DNA of 64,000 nt from an uncultured Candidatus Micrarchaeota archaeon (GCA_963714085.1 OY970229.1:128001-192000), one strand, 5' to 3'. Numbered from the stretch's first letter, positions 9,589-19,728 are shown. Numbers and translations are program-made. Notes: generated by a model not told the origin, from the letters alone.

Positions 9589-10290
9589 ATGGTATTCACG
9601 ATCATAAACCAGTACGAGAAGGGCGTCCGGTTCATGCTGGGCAAGTACGACAAGGTGCTCGAGCCGGGATTCGCCTGGAACATCCCGTTCTTCCACAGCG
9701 TCCGCACGCTGGACATGCGCGTGAAAACCATTCCCATACAGCCGCAGGAGGCCATGACCAAGGACAACGTGCCGGTCAAGATCGCCGCCGTGGTCTACTA
9801 CAAGATAGTGGACCCGCTCAAAGTCGTCATGGCCATCTACGACTACAACTTCGCGATCGCGCAGTACGCCCAGACCGCGGTCCGGGACGTCATAGGCAAC
9901 AACGAGCTGGACTTCGTCCTGGCCGACCGCGACAAGATAGCCGACGAGATAGAGAAGCTCGTGGACGTGGAGACCACTGCCTGGGGGGTGGACGTGTCCG
10001 CGATAAAGCTCCAGGACATAGAGCTCCCTGAGGACATGAAGCGCGCCATGGCCAAGCAGGCCGAAGCGGAAAGGGAGAAGCGCGCGACCATAATCCTGAG
10101 CGAGGGGGAGTTCCAGTCCGCGAACAACTACGCCGAGGCGGCGAGGAAGCTCTCCTCCATACACGGGGCGCTCCACCTGAGGACGCTCCAGACGCTCGCG
10201 ACCAACGTGTCGTCCGAGGATTCGCCCACGCACCTGTGGCTGCTGCCCACCCAGATAATGAAGTTCTTCGAGAGCTGGGGAAGGAAGTAG
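9589..10290 (+). CDS. SPFH/stomatin family protein, paralogue without N-terminal TM
   Basis: QEAMTKDNV, MAKQAEAEREKRA, LRTLQ. Confidence 0.92.
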   Translation: MVFTIINQYEKGVRFMLGKYDKVLEPGFAWNIPFFHSVRTLDMRVKTIPIQPQEAMTKDNVPVKIAAVVYYKIVDPLKVVMAIYDYNFAIAQYAQTAVRDVIGNNELDFVLADRDKIADEIEKLVDVETTAWGVDVSAIKLQDIELPEDMKRAMAKQAEAEREKRATIILSEGEFQSANNYAEAARKLSSIHGALHLRTLQTLATNVSSEDSPTHLWLLPTQIMKFFESWGRK

Positions 10291-10392
10291 GTTCCTGGTT
10301 CTTCCAATTTTTTCTTCTATCCAGTCCGTTCCAATCCGGATATTGTCGCTATTTACGGTAAAAAGGTAAGGTTTAAATAGATGGAATGAGTA

Positions 10393-10821
10393 ATGAATCC
10401 GGTAATGCTCATGGCAAAAAAGACTTTAGAATACCAAAACCAGAGGACCCGGAGGGACGGCGCGACCGTGCATTCAAGCCTGACCGGGCGGTTTTTCAAG
10501 ACTGCAGACGTCCGGGTCGACTACCCCCGGAACCTTTCGGTCCATGCGGTATTGACGAAAAGCCCTCTTCACCGCGAAATGATCGCGGCCGTCGCCACGG
10601 TATCGGGCAAATCCGCGGCCAATGGAACTGCTGTGGTGGGCGAGATACAAAAAACCAAGTGGCCGCGTTCACCAGACGGCTATCATGCTCTAGCGTATGA
10701 GATCGCCATCCCCGATATAGCCGGTAAAAAAATCAACGGCCAGGCGGTGAGACGGGCGATAATGACGGCGGTCAGCGAATTGATAGAAGCGTATCTGGAA
10801 TTCGAAACGCACGCTGAATGA
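10393..10821 (+). CDS. Hypothetical protein
   Basis: 142-aa ORF; TTTAAATA upstream. Confidence 0.55.
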   Translation: MNPVMLMAKKTLEYQNQRTRRDGATVHSSLTGRFFKTADVRVDYPRNLSVHAVLTKSPLHREMIAAVATVSGKSAANGTAVVGEIQKTKWPRSPDGYHALAYEIAIPDIAGKKINGQAVRRAIMTAVSELIEAYLEFETHAE

Positions 10822-10882
10822 ATCATTCAGAAAACCCCATTCTTTCATCGGGATTAAATTGTTTTTGCATCATCATACCTAC

Positions 10883-11500
10883 ATGGATCAAGTGCGGGTC
10901 CGGCTCGTCTATCCGGGTTTCCTCTCAGAGAGGTACGTGAGGGCCGCCCAGGAGGGGCTCCGGTCATTCGAGAAATTCGGCGCCCTGGTGGAAAACAGGT
11001 GCGCGATGGATGGGGCCGCGTTCAGGGGGCTCAGATACCCGGGCCTGGTGCGCAGGATAGCACTGGCGGAGCACGACATACATTTCAGCCGCCTGAAGAG
11101 GCCGCATGACCATCCCTGGAACGCCTTCGGTATCGCGATCACGCCCCATTTCCTGTTACTGTCAGACGACACCATGGACAGGTTCTCCGGATTCGCAGGA
11201 TACCAGACGCTGGGGGTCGTTTCGCTCGCAGTGCCGCTGCGGCTCGAGGAGCCGGGCCCTGCCATCACCGCCATGGTCAAGTGCCAGGCGGGCAGGCTGC
11301 TGATCCCGTTGCCGGACGAAAAAGAACCTCCTGGGCCCGACAACAAACCTGCGGGCTGCCATGATGATTGCCTGATGCAGCCAATCGGCGGTTTTTTCGA
11401 TTTCGTAGACCGGGTCGTGGCCCGCGACCTGGATTTCTGCGAAGCGTGCAAAGGCGCCATAAGCAGGACGATAGTGCGGCTGAGCCATGGCATGAACTGA
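10883..11500 (+). CDS. Archaemetzincin-like protein lacking the HExxH motif
   Basis: GFA...GVVSL, CHDDCLM...FCEAC Cys pattern; CQAGR at the expected HELGH position. Confidence 0.55.
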   Translation: MDQVRVRLVYPGFLSERYVRAAQEGLRSFEKFGALVENRCAMDGAAFRGLRYPGLVRRIALAEHDIHFSRLKRPHDHPWNAFGIAITPHFLLLSDDTMDRFSGFAGYQTLGVVSLAVPLRLEEPGPAITAMVKCQAGRLLIPLPDEKEPPGPDNKPAGCHDDCLMQPIGGFFDFVDRVVARDLDFCEACKGAISRTIVRLSHGMN

Positions 11501-11506
11501 TTTCCG

Positions 11507-12481
11507 CTAGGCCCTCAGGTACATCGCGAGCATCACTACGGCGACGAGCGCCTCGAGCCCCATGAAGAAGAACACCAGGTTGCGCTCGGTTATGCCGTTG
11601 AACGCCTTCATGACGAGCTGGCAGAAGCCGCGGACCTTGCCTTCGAGCGGGTAGAGCTTCCCGTCACGGTATTCGCCCCACCACTTGCTCGAGGGGAACC
11701 GGTTGTACGCCTTGATGAAGAAGTCGATGACATACGGGATCATGAGTATGGCGCCCGCGGTGTCGAAGTTCCCGATTATCACGGCGGCCGCGAGCGCCGC
11801 GCCTATCGTGAGGTTGCCCACGTCGCCTGGGAACACGCTGGAGGGGTTCTTGTTGAACACCATGAACGCGGCCAGGGCCGCCATCATGGATATTGATATG
11901 AGCGCCATGTCGGTCGAGCCGTGCGCCACTGCGAGTATGGTCATTGCCCCGAATACCACGATGCCCATGCCGGCCTCCAGGCCGTTGAAACCTGCGAGCA
12001 TGTTCGTGAGGTTGGACGCGACCGCCACGCCGACCGGTATGAGCACCAGGATGTAGAAGACGCCGAAATTCACCACCCCGATGAGCGGGATGAGCAGCGT
12101 GGTCTTTCCCGTGGCCTTTACCGCGACCAGCGGGATGGCGGCGAACAGCGGGAGGAACGCCTTGTACTTCTGGGGTATGTCTATGAGGTCGTCCACCACG
12201 CCTATGAACGCGACCGAGTGTATCGTTATGAGAGCGGCGAGGAGCTTGATAAGGTCGAACTGGAAACCGAGGAAGGTGTTGAAGCATATGGCGAGCAGGA
12301 TGCCGCCCGTGAACCCGGCGACTATCGATATGCCGCCCATCTCAGCCACTTCCGGCCTGTCAGGCTTGTTCACGTCCCTGCCAGTGATGCCGAAGCGTTT
12401 CAGGCGCGGTATCAGGAAGTGCGAGAGCACGAGCGTGGCGAGGAAGGATACGACGGCGATGGCGAGGTAGTATAGGAGCAT
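11507..12481 (-). CDS. Glycosyltransferase family 4 (GPT/MraY-like, AglH-like) polyprenyl-phosphate GlcNAc-1-P transferase
   Basis: DVNK..RPEVAEMGG, IGVVDD, NMLAGFNGLE, VFPGDVG; many TM helices. Confidence 0.9.
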   Translation of the reverse strand: MLLYYLAIAVVSFLATLVLSHFLIPRLKRFGITGRDVNKPDRPEVAEMGGISIVAGFTGGILLAICFNTFLGFQFDLIKLLAALITIHSVAFIGVVDDLIDIPQKYKAFLPLFAAIPLVAVKATGKTTLLIPLIGVVNFGVFYILVLIPVGVAVASNLTNMLAGFNGLEAGMGIVVFGAMTILAVAHGSTDMALISISMMAALAAFMVFNKNPSSVFPGDVGNLTIGAALAAAVIIGNFDTAGAILMIPYVIDFFIKAYNRFPSSKWWGEYRDGKLYPLEGKVRGFCQLVMKAFNGITERNLVFFFMGLEALVAVVMLAMYLRA

Positions 12482-12485
12482 CGGA

Positions 12486-13742
12486 TCACTTCTTCGAGCG
12501 TATCCCCTCAAGGACCTCCTTGGCGAAGTCCGAGCCGAAGTTCTTCTTCTCAGCGAGCTCCGCGGCGACCGCGTCTATCTCCTGGGGGGTCTGCGCCCCG
12601 GCTATCACCGCGACGTTCTTCGCATGGAGCTTCATGTGGCCGGCCTGTATGCCGACGCTGCTCAATGCGGCCAGCGCGGCGAAGTTGTTCGCGAGGCCGA
12701 CGCACGCGCACGCCATGGCCAGTTCCTTGGACGTCTTTATCCCGGCTATCTTGAGCGCGATCCTGGCTGTCGGGCTGGAGTTCACCGCGCCTCCGACCGT
12801 GGCGACCGCCATCGGCAATTCGATGCTTCCGAGCAGGTCGCCCTTCTCCGTCGCCTCGTAGCGCGTCAGCGGATGGTACTCGCCCATGGACGCGTAGGCG
12901 TGCGCCCCGGCCTCCACGGCGCGCCAGTCGTTGCCGGTCGCGAGCACGACCGCGTCTATCCCGTTCATCACGCCCTTGTTGTGGGTCGCGCAGCGGTAGA
13001 TGTCGGCTTTCGCGAGCTCGTAGCCGTCCAGGATGCCCTCGACGACCTTGTCGCCGATGACGCCCTTCTTCCAGACCGCGGACGCGCGGACCTTGCGCTT
13101 CACCGCGAGGTTCGTGATTATGCGCAGGCACACCCTGCCGTTCGTGAGCGTCGCGAGGGTCGGGGCCACGCCCTCGAGAGTGGTGTTCACCATGTTCGCG
13201 CCCATCGCGTCGCTCACGTTTATGTCGAACTCCACGAGCAGCATCTTCCCCCTCCGGGTCTCGAGCGCCCTCTCGCGGAAGCCGAGCACCTTGCCTCCCC
13301 ACCTCTCGTGGGGCTTCATGTACTCGGCGGCTATCTTGATTATCTCGTGCCTGTTCGTGTCCAGGTTCCTGATCGCCAGGTCCATGTCAGGCACGTCCAT
13401 GAGCTGCACCTGGCCTGTCATCACCGGCTCCTCGGCCTCTGCCTTGAACCCCTCGGGCAGGCAGAGCTTGGCCGCCCTGCACGCCGCTGCTATCACCGAG
13501 GGCTCCTCCAGAGCCATGGGGATGACCAAAGACTTGCCGTTTATCTTGAAATTAGTAGCCATGCCGAGCGGCAGGTGGACCGCGCCTATCACGTTCTCCA
13601 CCATCCGGTCCGCTAATTCCGGCTTGAGCGCGCCCATGTCGCTGAGCGCTGCCATCTCCTCGTCCGAGACGCCGGAATTCTCCTTTATCAGCTTCCGCCT
13701 CTCCGGAATAGTGAGCTTGTAAAAGCCTGAAAAGTCAGCCAT
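12486..13742 (-). CDS. mvaA: HMG-CoA reductase, class II
   Basis: ENVIG, EEPSVIAA, DAMGANMVN, THNKGVMNG, GNDWRAVEAG, GHMKLH. Confidence 0.93.
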   Translation of the reverse strand: MADFSGFYKLTIPERRKLIKENSGVSDEEMAALSDMGALKPELADRMVENVIGAVHLPLGMATNFKINGKSLVIPMALEEPSVIAAACRAAKLCLPEGFKAEAEEPVMTGQVQLMDVPDMDLAIRNLDTNRHEIIKIAAEYMKPHERWGGKVLGFRERALETRRGKMLLVEFDINVSDAMGANMVNTTLEGVAPTLATLTNGRVCLRIITNLAVKRKVRASAVWKKGVIGDKVVEGILDGYELAKADIYRCATHNKGVMNGIDAVVLATGNDWRAVEAGAHAYASMGEYHPLTRYEATEKGDLLGSIELPMAVATVGGAVNSSPTARIALKIAGIKTSKELAMACACVGLANNFAALAALSSVGIQAGHMKLHAKNVAVIAGAQTPQEIDAVAAELAEKKNFGSDFAKEVLEGIRSKK

Positions 13743-13765
13743 GGTGCGATTCATCTCCAAAGAAG

Positions 13766-14221
13766 TTATAAACTGTAGCTGTCCTCGAGTTTTTTCAGCG
13801 CTGCGTCTATGTTCCCGAACGCGGAATCCGCCTTGCGGAAGTAGAAATCGCGGAACAGGGAGTTGAGGCTCTTGCCCTCGTCCTCCGAAAGCGCGTAGCG
13901 CCCCTTCTTCCTTGTGAGCATGCCCGCGTTCTTGAGCCTCAGCAGGTGGTAGTACACCGCCTTGGCGTTCGGCTTGGCGCGCGTCTCTGCCTCCAGCCGG
14001 TCGAGTATGTCCTTGGTGGTCGGCGACTCCTTCCTCACGTGGAAATACAGCAACGCGTCGAACACGTCGAGGAGCAGCGTCCTGGACTCGTTTGGCAGTA
14101 TGAGCCCCAGCGAGAGCGCGACCCAGCGCACCAGCGACTTCCGCGCGAGCAGCACGTCCTGGGGGAGCGCCATGTCCCGCAGCACGAGCTCCGACCTTAT
14201 GAGCCTTGATTCTGGAATCAT
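13766..14221 (-). CDS. Winged-helix protein, putative regulator
   Basis: KAVYYHLLRLKNAGML...GRYAL; directly upstream of HMG-CoA reductase. Confidence 0.7.
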   Translation of the reverse strand: MIPESRLIRSELVLRDMALPQDVLLARKSLVRWVALSLGLILPNESRTLLLDVFDALLYFHVRKESPTTKDILDRLEAETRAKPNAKAVYYHLLRLKNAGMLTRKKGRYALSEDEGKSLNSLFRDFYFRKADSAFGNIDAALKKLEDSYSL

Positions 14222-14297
14222 GTTTGAATCTCCATGCCATACAATAAAAACCTTATCAATCACGTTAGTAACCAGATGGAAGGCGGGTTTTGAGAAA

Positions 14298-14669
14298 ATG
14301 GTCAACTTCGACGTTGTGACGCATCCGGACGTGGTGTTCGCCTATTCCCCTAATTATGTCGAGAGCACGATAAAGGTGAGCAACCCGGTCGGCGAGGCGT
14401 CCTGGGCAGAGGCCGACGTCTACGTCCCGAGCAAATTGTCCCTCAGCCCTGACAGCATGCTCAGGAAGGGGAGGATACGCGTCGGCGTGGTGGAGAAGAG
14501 CGAGACCAGGGAGAAGGCCGTGCGCATATACGCGAACCCGTATACCAGCCCCCAGGTCTACAGGTGCAAGATCGTGCTCTACATCTACAGCAAGGACGGC
14601 GTCATCGCCTCGCGGCTGGAGAAGGCGATGGACATACGGTGCGAGATGAAGAAGGCCGACACGATCTGA
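14298..14669 (+). CDS. Hypothetical protein, beta-rich
   Basis: 123-aa ORF from ATG 14298 with host-like codon usage. Confidence 0.65.
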   Translation: MVNFDVVTHPDVVFAYSPNYVESTIKVSNPVGEASWAEADVYVPSKLSLSPDSMLRKGRIRVGVVEKSETREKAVRIYANPYTSPQVYRCKIVLYIYSKDGVIASRLEKAMDIRCEMKKADTI

Positions 14670-14672
14670 TCC

Positions 14673-15176
14673 TCACTTAGCCGGGCGCCTGGAGCGGCGT
14701 GCGTAGCTCTTCGCGTAATCCTTCTTCGTGTTGAACTGTATCAATGATTCCGTCTGGGCCACGGTGTCGAACGTCCTCAGGTATCCGAATATGAAGTCGC
14801 TCAGCTCGTCGTTGTCCCGCACGCGCACCTTTATCAGGAAGTCGAACTGGCCCCCGGTCACGGCCATGTCCTCCACTGCCTCCTGCTTCGGCGCGTCCTC
14901 GAGCAGCTCGTTGTAGTCGGTGCCCGCCTTGCACCGGATCAGGATGTATGCGATCGTCTTCTTCCCCAGTTTCTCGTAGTCCAGGACCGTGACGAACTTC
15001 TTGATTATGCCCTCCTTGATGAGCTTCTTGAGGCGCCGGTTCACGGTCGCGACGGGTATGCCGGTCTTGCGCCCGATCTGCCTGCTGGATAATCTCGCGT
15101 TGTCCTTTATCGCATCTATTATCTCCAGGTCTATCCGGTCGGGTTCCATAATTTGATTCATTTGTACCATACGCAT
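14673..15176 (-). CDS. Lrp/AsnC family transcriptional regulator
   Basis: DRIDLEII...NARLS...TVNRRLKKL..EGIIK, VTGGQFDFLIKV. Confidence 0.9.
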   Translation of the reverse strand: MRMVQMNQIMEPDRIDLEIIDAIKDNARLSSRQIGRKTGIPVATVNRRLKKLIKEGIIKKFVTVLDYEKLGKKTIAYILIRCKAGTDYNELLEDAPKQEAVEDMAVTGGQFDFLIKVRVRDNDELSDFIFGYLRTFDTVAQTESLIQFNTKKDYAKSYARRSRRPAK

Positions 15177-15279
15177 TATAAAATATGCTGCTTTTGCGCC
15201 TTTTGAGCCATTTTCGTGAGGAATAATTTATATAACTCATCCAAAGCATGAGTTGGATTATGAAAAAGGAGGTGGGGAT

Positions 15280-16833
15280 ATGGTTTTGCTGAGCGAACTG
15301 AAAAAAAAGCGGGGATCCAACGATACGGGATCGCAGAGCCGGGTTCCGCCGGGAAACTCCCTGGAGCGCGATCGGAATTATGTTAGATTCGTCAAATTGC
15401 CCACGAGCCTGCTCAACGAACCTGCGACTGGAAGCGCTGCGAAACCGACGAAGGAGACGCTTAACGCAGAGCTCCTGGATGCCGTCGAGGCGAGGAATCT
15501 CAATGCCGTGAAAAGGGCGCTGGACGGCGGGGCGGATCCCAACACGAAGGGCTTCATGGGGCGTTCGGTATGGAATATCGCCGATGGCAACGGCTACGGA
15601 GAGATCGCAGACGAATTGAAGAGCCGCGGGGCCATCACCGCTCCAGACGAGCCAGGACGTGAGATCCCGGACTCCACGGTCCAGCAGCTTTGCATAAAGA
15701 GCCTGTTGCAAACGCCGCAACCTCCGGCTGCACCGTCCCTTGCTGCGGAACCGCCGATGTGCCTGACTCCTGCGCCGGTGGGCGCGGTGAGCGAGGACGG
15801 GGACGACGAAGCCGGCATATACAGGTTCGGGGCGCTCCGCAGAACGCTCAGAGAACTGGCATCGAGCAGGATGACGGCACTTTATACTGGACTGATGGCT
15901 GGGATACTCGGCTTGGCTGCCGCCCATGGAATCTCGAACAAGATCGACGAACACCGCTCCGCGAAAGCCGAGATGGTGGGCCGGAAGGCCCCGGAAGCGT
16001 CTGCCCGGGCCGAGAAACCAAAGGCTCCGATAACTGAGCAGGAACTGAGGGCGAACAACAAAAAGCTCATCGATGCGGTGCGGGGAGGCGATGAGGGTTC
16101 CGCATGGGGCGCTTACCAAGACGGGGTGAGCAGGGAAGCGGTGAACGAAGCACGGCGGCTCGCTGCGTTGGGTAAGAACGAGAAGATGCTGAAATTAACA
16201 TATGATATACGCGAGCGTATGCGCGTCCTGGATCCGGACCAGGCCAAACCGCAGTACGATGGGAAAAATGAGAACAACGCAGACCTCATCAGGGCCGCGC
16301 ATCCGGTGCTAATCCCCAGGGATACCTACTGGGACTGGAAGACCGGCCCCATAAAGCGCGCTCTGAGTAAGGGAACGAGCAAGGAAGCGTTGTCCGACGC
16401 ACTGCTGACGGTTACGGCGTACAATCCACCAGACAGGTTGAAGCCCGCCAGGATGGAGATCGCGTACCTGATCGCGCAGCGCATGGAGCCGATGGCCGAA
16501 CCCGGAGCCAAGGCGGAAGGGAAACCGAAGGACCCGCAGCAGGCTGAGCCGAAGGAGGCTTCTCGTGCCCAGCCGGTTCCAAAAACCCCAGGGGCATCGC
16601 TCGCGCCCGGAGAGAAACAGGAGCTGCGCGGATCTTACGGCATCAACATGCCCGGGGGGAAGGCAGCCGAGAGCCAGCATGCGGCGACGGCCCGGGGCAG
16701 GGCGCTCACGCCCGGAGAGAAGCAGAAGCTGCGCGAAGAGCTCGGCGATGCCATGAAACGGGACGATGGGGAGGCAGTTAATAGGATACTGAAAAAAGCC
16801 GGTTTGGGTTCCCGGATACCTACGGCTGAGTAG
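15280..16833 (+). CDS. Membrane-anchored protein with ankyrin-like repeats and low-complexity linkers
   Basis: LLDAVEARNLNAVKRALDGGADPN; central TM segment; GGAGGTG upstream. Confidence 0.7.
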   Translation: MVLLSELKKKRGSNDTGSQSRVPPGNSLERDRNYVRFVKLPTSLLNEPATGSAAKPTKETLNAELLDAVEARNLNAVKRALDGGADPNTKGFMGRSVWNIADGNGYGEIADELKSRGAITAPDEPGREIPDSTVQQLCIKSLLQTPQPPAAPSLAAEPPMCLTPAPVGAVSEDGDDEAGIYRFGALRRTLRELASSRMTALYTGLMAGILGLAAAHGISNKIDEHRSAKAEMVGRKAPEASARAEKPKAPITEQELRANNKKLIDAVRGGDEGSAWGAYQDGVSREAVNEARRLAALGKNEKMLKLTYDIRERMRVLDPDQAKPQYDGKNENNADLIRAAHPVLIPRDTYWDWKTGPIKRALSKGTSKEALSDALLTVTAYNPPDRLKPARMEIAYLIAQRMEPMAEPGAKAEGKPKDPQQAEPKEASRAQPVPKTPGASLAPGEKQELRGSYGINMPGGKAAESQHAATARGRALTPGEKQKLREELGDAMKRDDGEAVNRILKKAGLGSRIPTAE

Positions 16834-16852
16834 CCGCGCGGGGTTTACGGAT

Positions 16853-18457
16853 ATGGCCAGGCATAAGGCCGGAAGGCTCGGCTTCCAGCAATCACGCATG
16901 GTTACGCCCCCTGCAGGCGCTTTCAGTCCGTATCTGGCAGGGCCGGACACGGGGATGCGGACCGGCGCGCCTCACGGATCCGTGCCGGCGAAGCGCTTGT
17001 GGAGGCGCCGCATGCTCGGCCCGGTCGCCGGCCTCATGCTGGGCGCGCTTTTTGTTTGCGGGATACAGGGCGGGGCGCAGGGGCGCACGCACCATGGGAT
17101 GCGCGCGGACGGCCTGCTTTCCGAGGCTCTTGTCATGGCGGTAATGGACAAACATGCCGCCATAGCGGAGATGCTCCTCAAGCGCGGGGCGGATGCGAAC
17201 GCAACCGGTCCTTTCAACAAGACCGTCCTGATGTGGGCTGCGGAAAACGGGGATGTAGAGACGGTGAACCTGCTCTTGGACCGCAATGTCGACGTGAACC
17301 TCAAGGACACCTGGTTCAGCGGCACCGCGCTGATGCGGGCCGCGGAGAGGGGCCACGGCGAGATCGTGGACCTGCTGCTGAGCAACTATGCGGATGTCAA
17401 TGCCAGGAACAAGAACGGCGATACCGCGCTGACCTTGGCGGTCAGAAGCGGGAGTCCGAGGGTGGTGAACAGCCTGATCGTCGGAGGGGCAGAGATAGAC
17501 GCCAAGAACGCCAACTGGGACACCGCACTGGGCCTGGCGGTGAAGAAGCCGGACGAGGCCCTCGTAGACCTGCTGCTGAGGAAGGGGGCAGACCCCAACG
17601 TGAGGGACAGATCCGGCGTCAGCCTGCTTGAGATCGCCTCTGCGACCGGGGACAGGAGGGATGTCACGCTGCTGATACGGAACGGGGCCCGCGTAGATCC
17701 GAATCTGAAGGACACGGTCACCATGTGGAACGCCTACCAGAAGAGGAGGACGGCGATAGAGCGGTCCGAGAAGCCTGGACTGGGCGAGAAAGACGACGGG
17801 GAGACCGCGCTCAAGCGCGCGTACGGAGAGCTGGTCATAGGCGAGAAAGAGGCGCTGGAATTGCACGAGAGGTTCGGGATAGAGGAGTTCGACAGGTATC
17901 CCAAAGGGGTGCTCGAGAGCATGTACGCTAACCTCGGCAGGCAGGCCGCCAGGCCGCCCATCCTCCACGTAGTCGCGAGATCGGATTACAGCGGCGCGGT
18001 CTATGACTACATCGGCTGGGTGTTCAAGCTGGACCATTACAAGGCGTTCATAGCCGAAGCGGAAAGCGTGGTGGACCTACGGTCCCGGGTGAGGTATACC
18101 GCAGAGACCTACGGCAGGATCGAGTCGATGGTGCTTGGGGGCCATGGCGAGAAGGACAGGATACAGCTCGGATACAAGGAGAATGGAGGAATCCTCACGC
18201 TGCGCGATGAGAACGACATCGCGCAGCTGAAGCCGTATTTCGTGAGCAATCCGACCATCGTGATCGACGCGTGTTCGACCGGGGAAGACGAGATGGCCAT
18301 AGCCGCCATGTTCTCGAGGGCGCTCGATGCGACCGCGTTCGCACCGGTCGCGGTCGCGGAGTTCCGTGGATGCGAAGTGGACGACCAGGGAAGGATAACC
18401 GGGGCGCGCTTCGACGTGCCGACCGCCAAGTTCGTGAGCGGCAAGCTGGTGAAGTGA
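16853..18457 (+). CDS. Exported ankyrin-repeat protein with C-terminal His-Gly/Ala-Cys (clan CD peptidase-like) domain
   Basis: About 6 ANK repeats (GTALMRAA, GDTALTLA); N-terminal hydrophobic segment; MVLGGHG...IVIDACSTG. Confidence 0.8.
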   Translation: MARHKAGRLGFQQSRMVTPPAGAFSPYLAGPDTGMRTGAPHGSVPAKRLWRRRMLGPVAGLMLGALFVCGIQGGAQGRTHHGMRADGLLSEALVMAVMDKHAAIAEMLLKRGADANATGPFNKTVLMWAAENGDVETVNLLLDRNVDVNLKDTWFSGTALMRAAERGHGEIVDLLLSNYADVNARNKNGDTALTLAVRSGSPRVVNSLIVGGAEIDAKNANWDTALGLAVKKPDEALVDLLLRKGADPNVRDRSGVSLLEIASATGDRRDVTLLIRNGARVDPNLKDTVTMWNAYQKRRTAIERSEKPGLGEKDDGETALKRAYGELVIGEKEALELHERFGIEEFDRYPKGVLESMYANLGRQAARPPILHVVARSDYSGAVYDYIGWVFKLDHYKAFIAEAESVVDLRSRVRYTAETYGRIESMVLGGHGEKDRIQLGYKENGGILTLRDENDIAQLKPYFVSNPTIVIDACSTGEDEMAIAAMFSRALDATAFAPVAVAEFRGCEVDDQGRITGARFDVPTAKFVSGKLVK

Positions 18458-18499
18458 TTCTTCGGATATCCGAACGTTGATGCCACGGAAGTGACCATC

Positions 18500-18742
18500 A
18501 TGGGAACTGGGGCGGGTGGACGGCGGGGCAGGTACATCGGGATAATGCGGCGGCTGGAAGAGGGATACGGCGCCGTGAAAACCATGGAGGGCTACGAGGC
18601 GGTCTTCAGGGAGCAGCTGGGTGCGGTGAGGCGCATGAGGGACAGGAAGGCGCTGAGAAGGCTGGATGCCTGCATCAATTCCGTCCTGAACGCCAGGAAG
18701 GAGGCGCTGGACAGGGTGTCGCAGAGGGCCAAAAAACCGTGA
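18500..18742 (+). CDS. Small basic hypothetical protein
   Basis: 80-aa ORF directly after the ankyrin gene. Confidence 0.45.
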   Translation: MGTGAGGRRGRYIGIMRRLEEGYGAVKTMEGYEAVFREQLGAVRRMRDRKALRRLDACINSVLNARKEALDRVSQRAKKP

Positions 18743-18848
18743 CCCGGACCGGTTTTTTCGGCGTTGGAAGTGTCCCTGATACAAACATTTATATATTTCG
18801 CGTTTGTTACCAACCATCCCCATGTGAAAAGTTGTGCAGGTGACCAGT

Positions 18849-18932
18849 ATGTTCGGTTGGATATTGAAGACGAATTGGGATATAGGAAGGATAATGAGGT
18901 ACTACAGGCAGCACAGGCGCATGCGCTCCTGA
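18849..18932 (+). CDS. Putative 27-aa microprotein MFGWILKTNWDIGRIMRYYRQHRRMRS
   Basis: Not in the ORF track; TTTATATA at about 18788 and AGGTGA just upstream of the ATG. Confidence 0.35.
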   Translation: MFGWILKTNWDIGRIMRYYRQHRRMRS

Positions 18933-18987
18933 ATCTGCCGATCTTCATTCTTTTTTCCGTTCTTCCAGCCTTGCCCTTACGCGATTT

Positions 18988-19728
18988 TCACGCCGTGGTC
19001 CTGCGGTCTCCGGTGAGCCTCAGTTTCTCCGCCAGCAGCGGGACGCGGAGCGTCTTCACGCCCCTCGGATGGCTGCGGCAATTGGTGTCCGTATCCACGA
19101 TTGCGCCGTGCTGTATATGGTCCAGCGCATCGAGAAGCTTCGCTTTCGCGGGCTTGTCGTGCCCCAGCCTCTCCATATTCCTCTGCAGCGCAGGGACCGC
19201 GATGGCATCGAACCTCTCCTCGCGGGAATCGAGCTCGGAGCGGGGCCAGTCCAGACGCACGGCCCTCACCAGCTCGGCGCATCTCTGCGCGATGATCGGC
19301 TCGTCCGAGAGGCCGTTTATGACCACTTCCATCTCGCCATCGGTCCTGCGCAATCCCCTCTGCAACGCGGTCTCCAGCGCGCCCAGCGCCGCCAGCCTCA
19401 ATCCCGCTTCATCCGGAGCCGTCTTTTCCCCGGCGTAGCGCACGACCGTCCGCATCACCCCGGCGGATTCAAGGAGGCTCATCGCCGGCAGGTAGTCCCG
19501 GGCGGAATCGATGCTTTCCATCTCTCCGGTCGGCGCGTCCATCTGCCCGATCCGCGTGTCCATCTCCCTGAGGACGAAGGCCTTGCCGGAAGCGTCCAGG
19601 GCCAGCTCGGACAGCGCCTTGAGGAGCTGCGTGGCCGAAGCGCTGCGGACCGCGAGCTCGAAATCGCCCTCGAAATAGGGTCTGACCGTTTCCCATGGAT
19701 GTTTGTAAAAATTCTTCAGATATTCCAT
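18988..19728 (-). CDS. Hypothetical protein
   Basis: 246-aa ORF; GAGGT and AT-rich upstream region. Confidence 0.6.
   Translation of the reverse strand: MEYLKNFYKHPWETVRPYFEGDFELAVRSASATQLLKALSELALDASGKAFVLREMDTRIGQMDAPTGEMESIDSARDYLPAMSLLESAGVMRTVVRYAGEKTAPDEAGLRLAALGALETALQRGLRRTDGEMEVVINGLSDEPIIAQRCAELVRAVRLDWPRSELDSREERFDAIAVPALQRNMERLGHDKPAKAKLLDALDHIQHGAIVDTDTNCRSHPRGVKTLRVPLLAEKLRLTGDRRTTA

Noticed and set aside
8796..10290. Tandem SPFH pair, and the two SIMPL paralogues, as a novel system
   Set aside because: Both are common membrane-associated families with frequent paralogy; nothing unusual in the motifs
13743..14240. 166-aa N-terminal extension of HMG-CoA reductase in the ORF track
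   Set aside because: Overlaps the separate wHTH gene in another frame; homology-like sequence starts at MADFSGFYK (13742)
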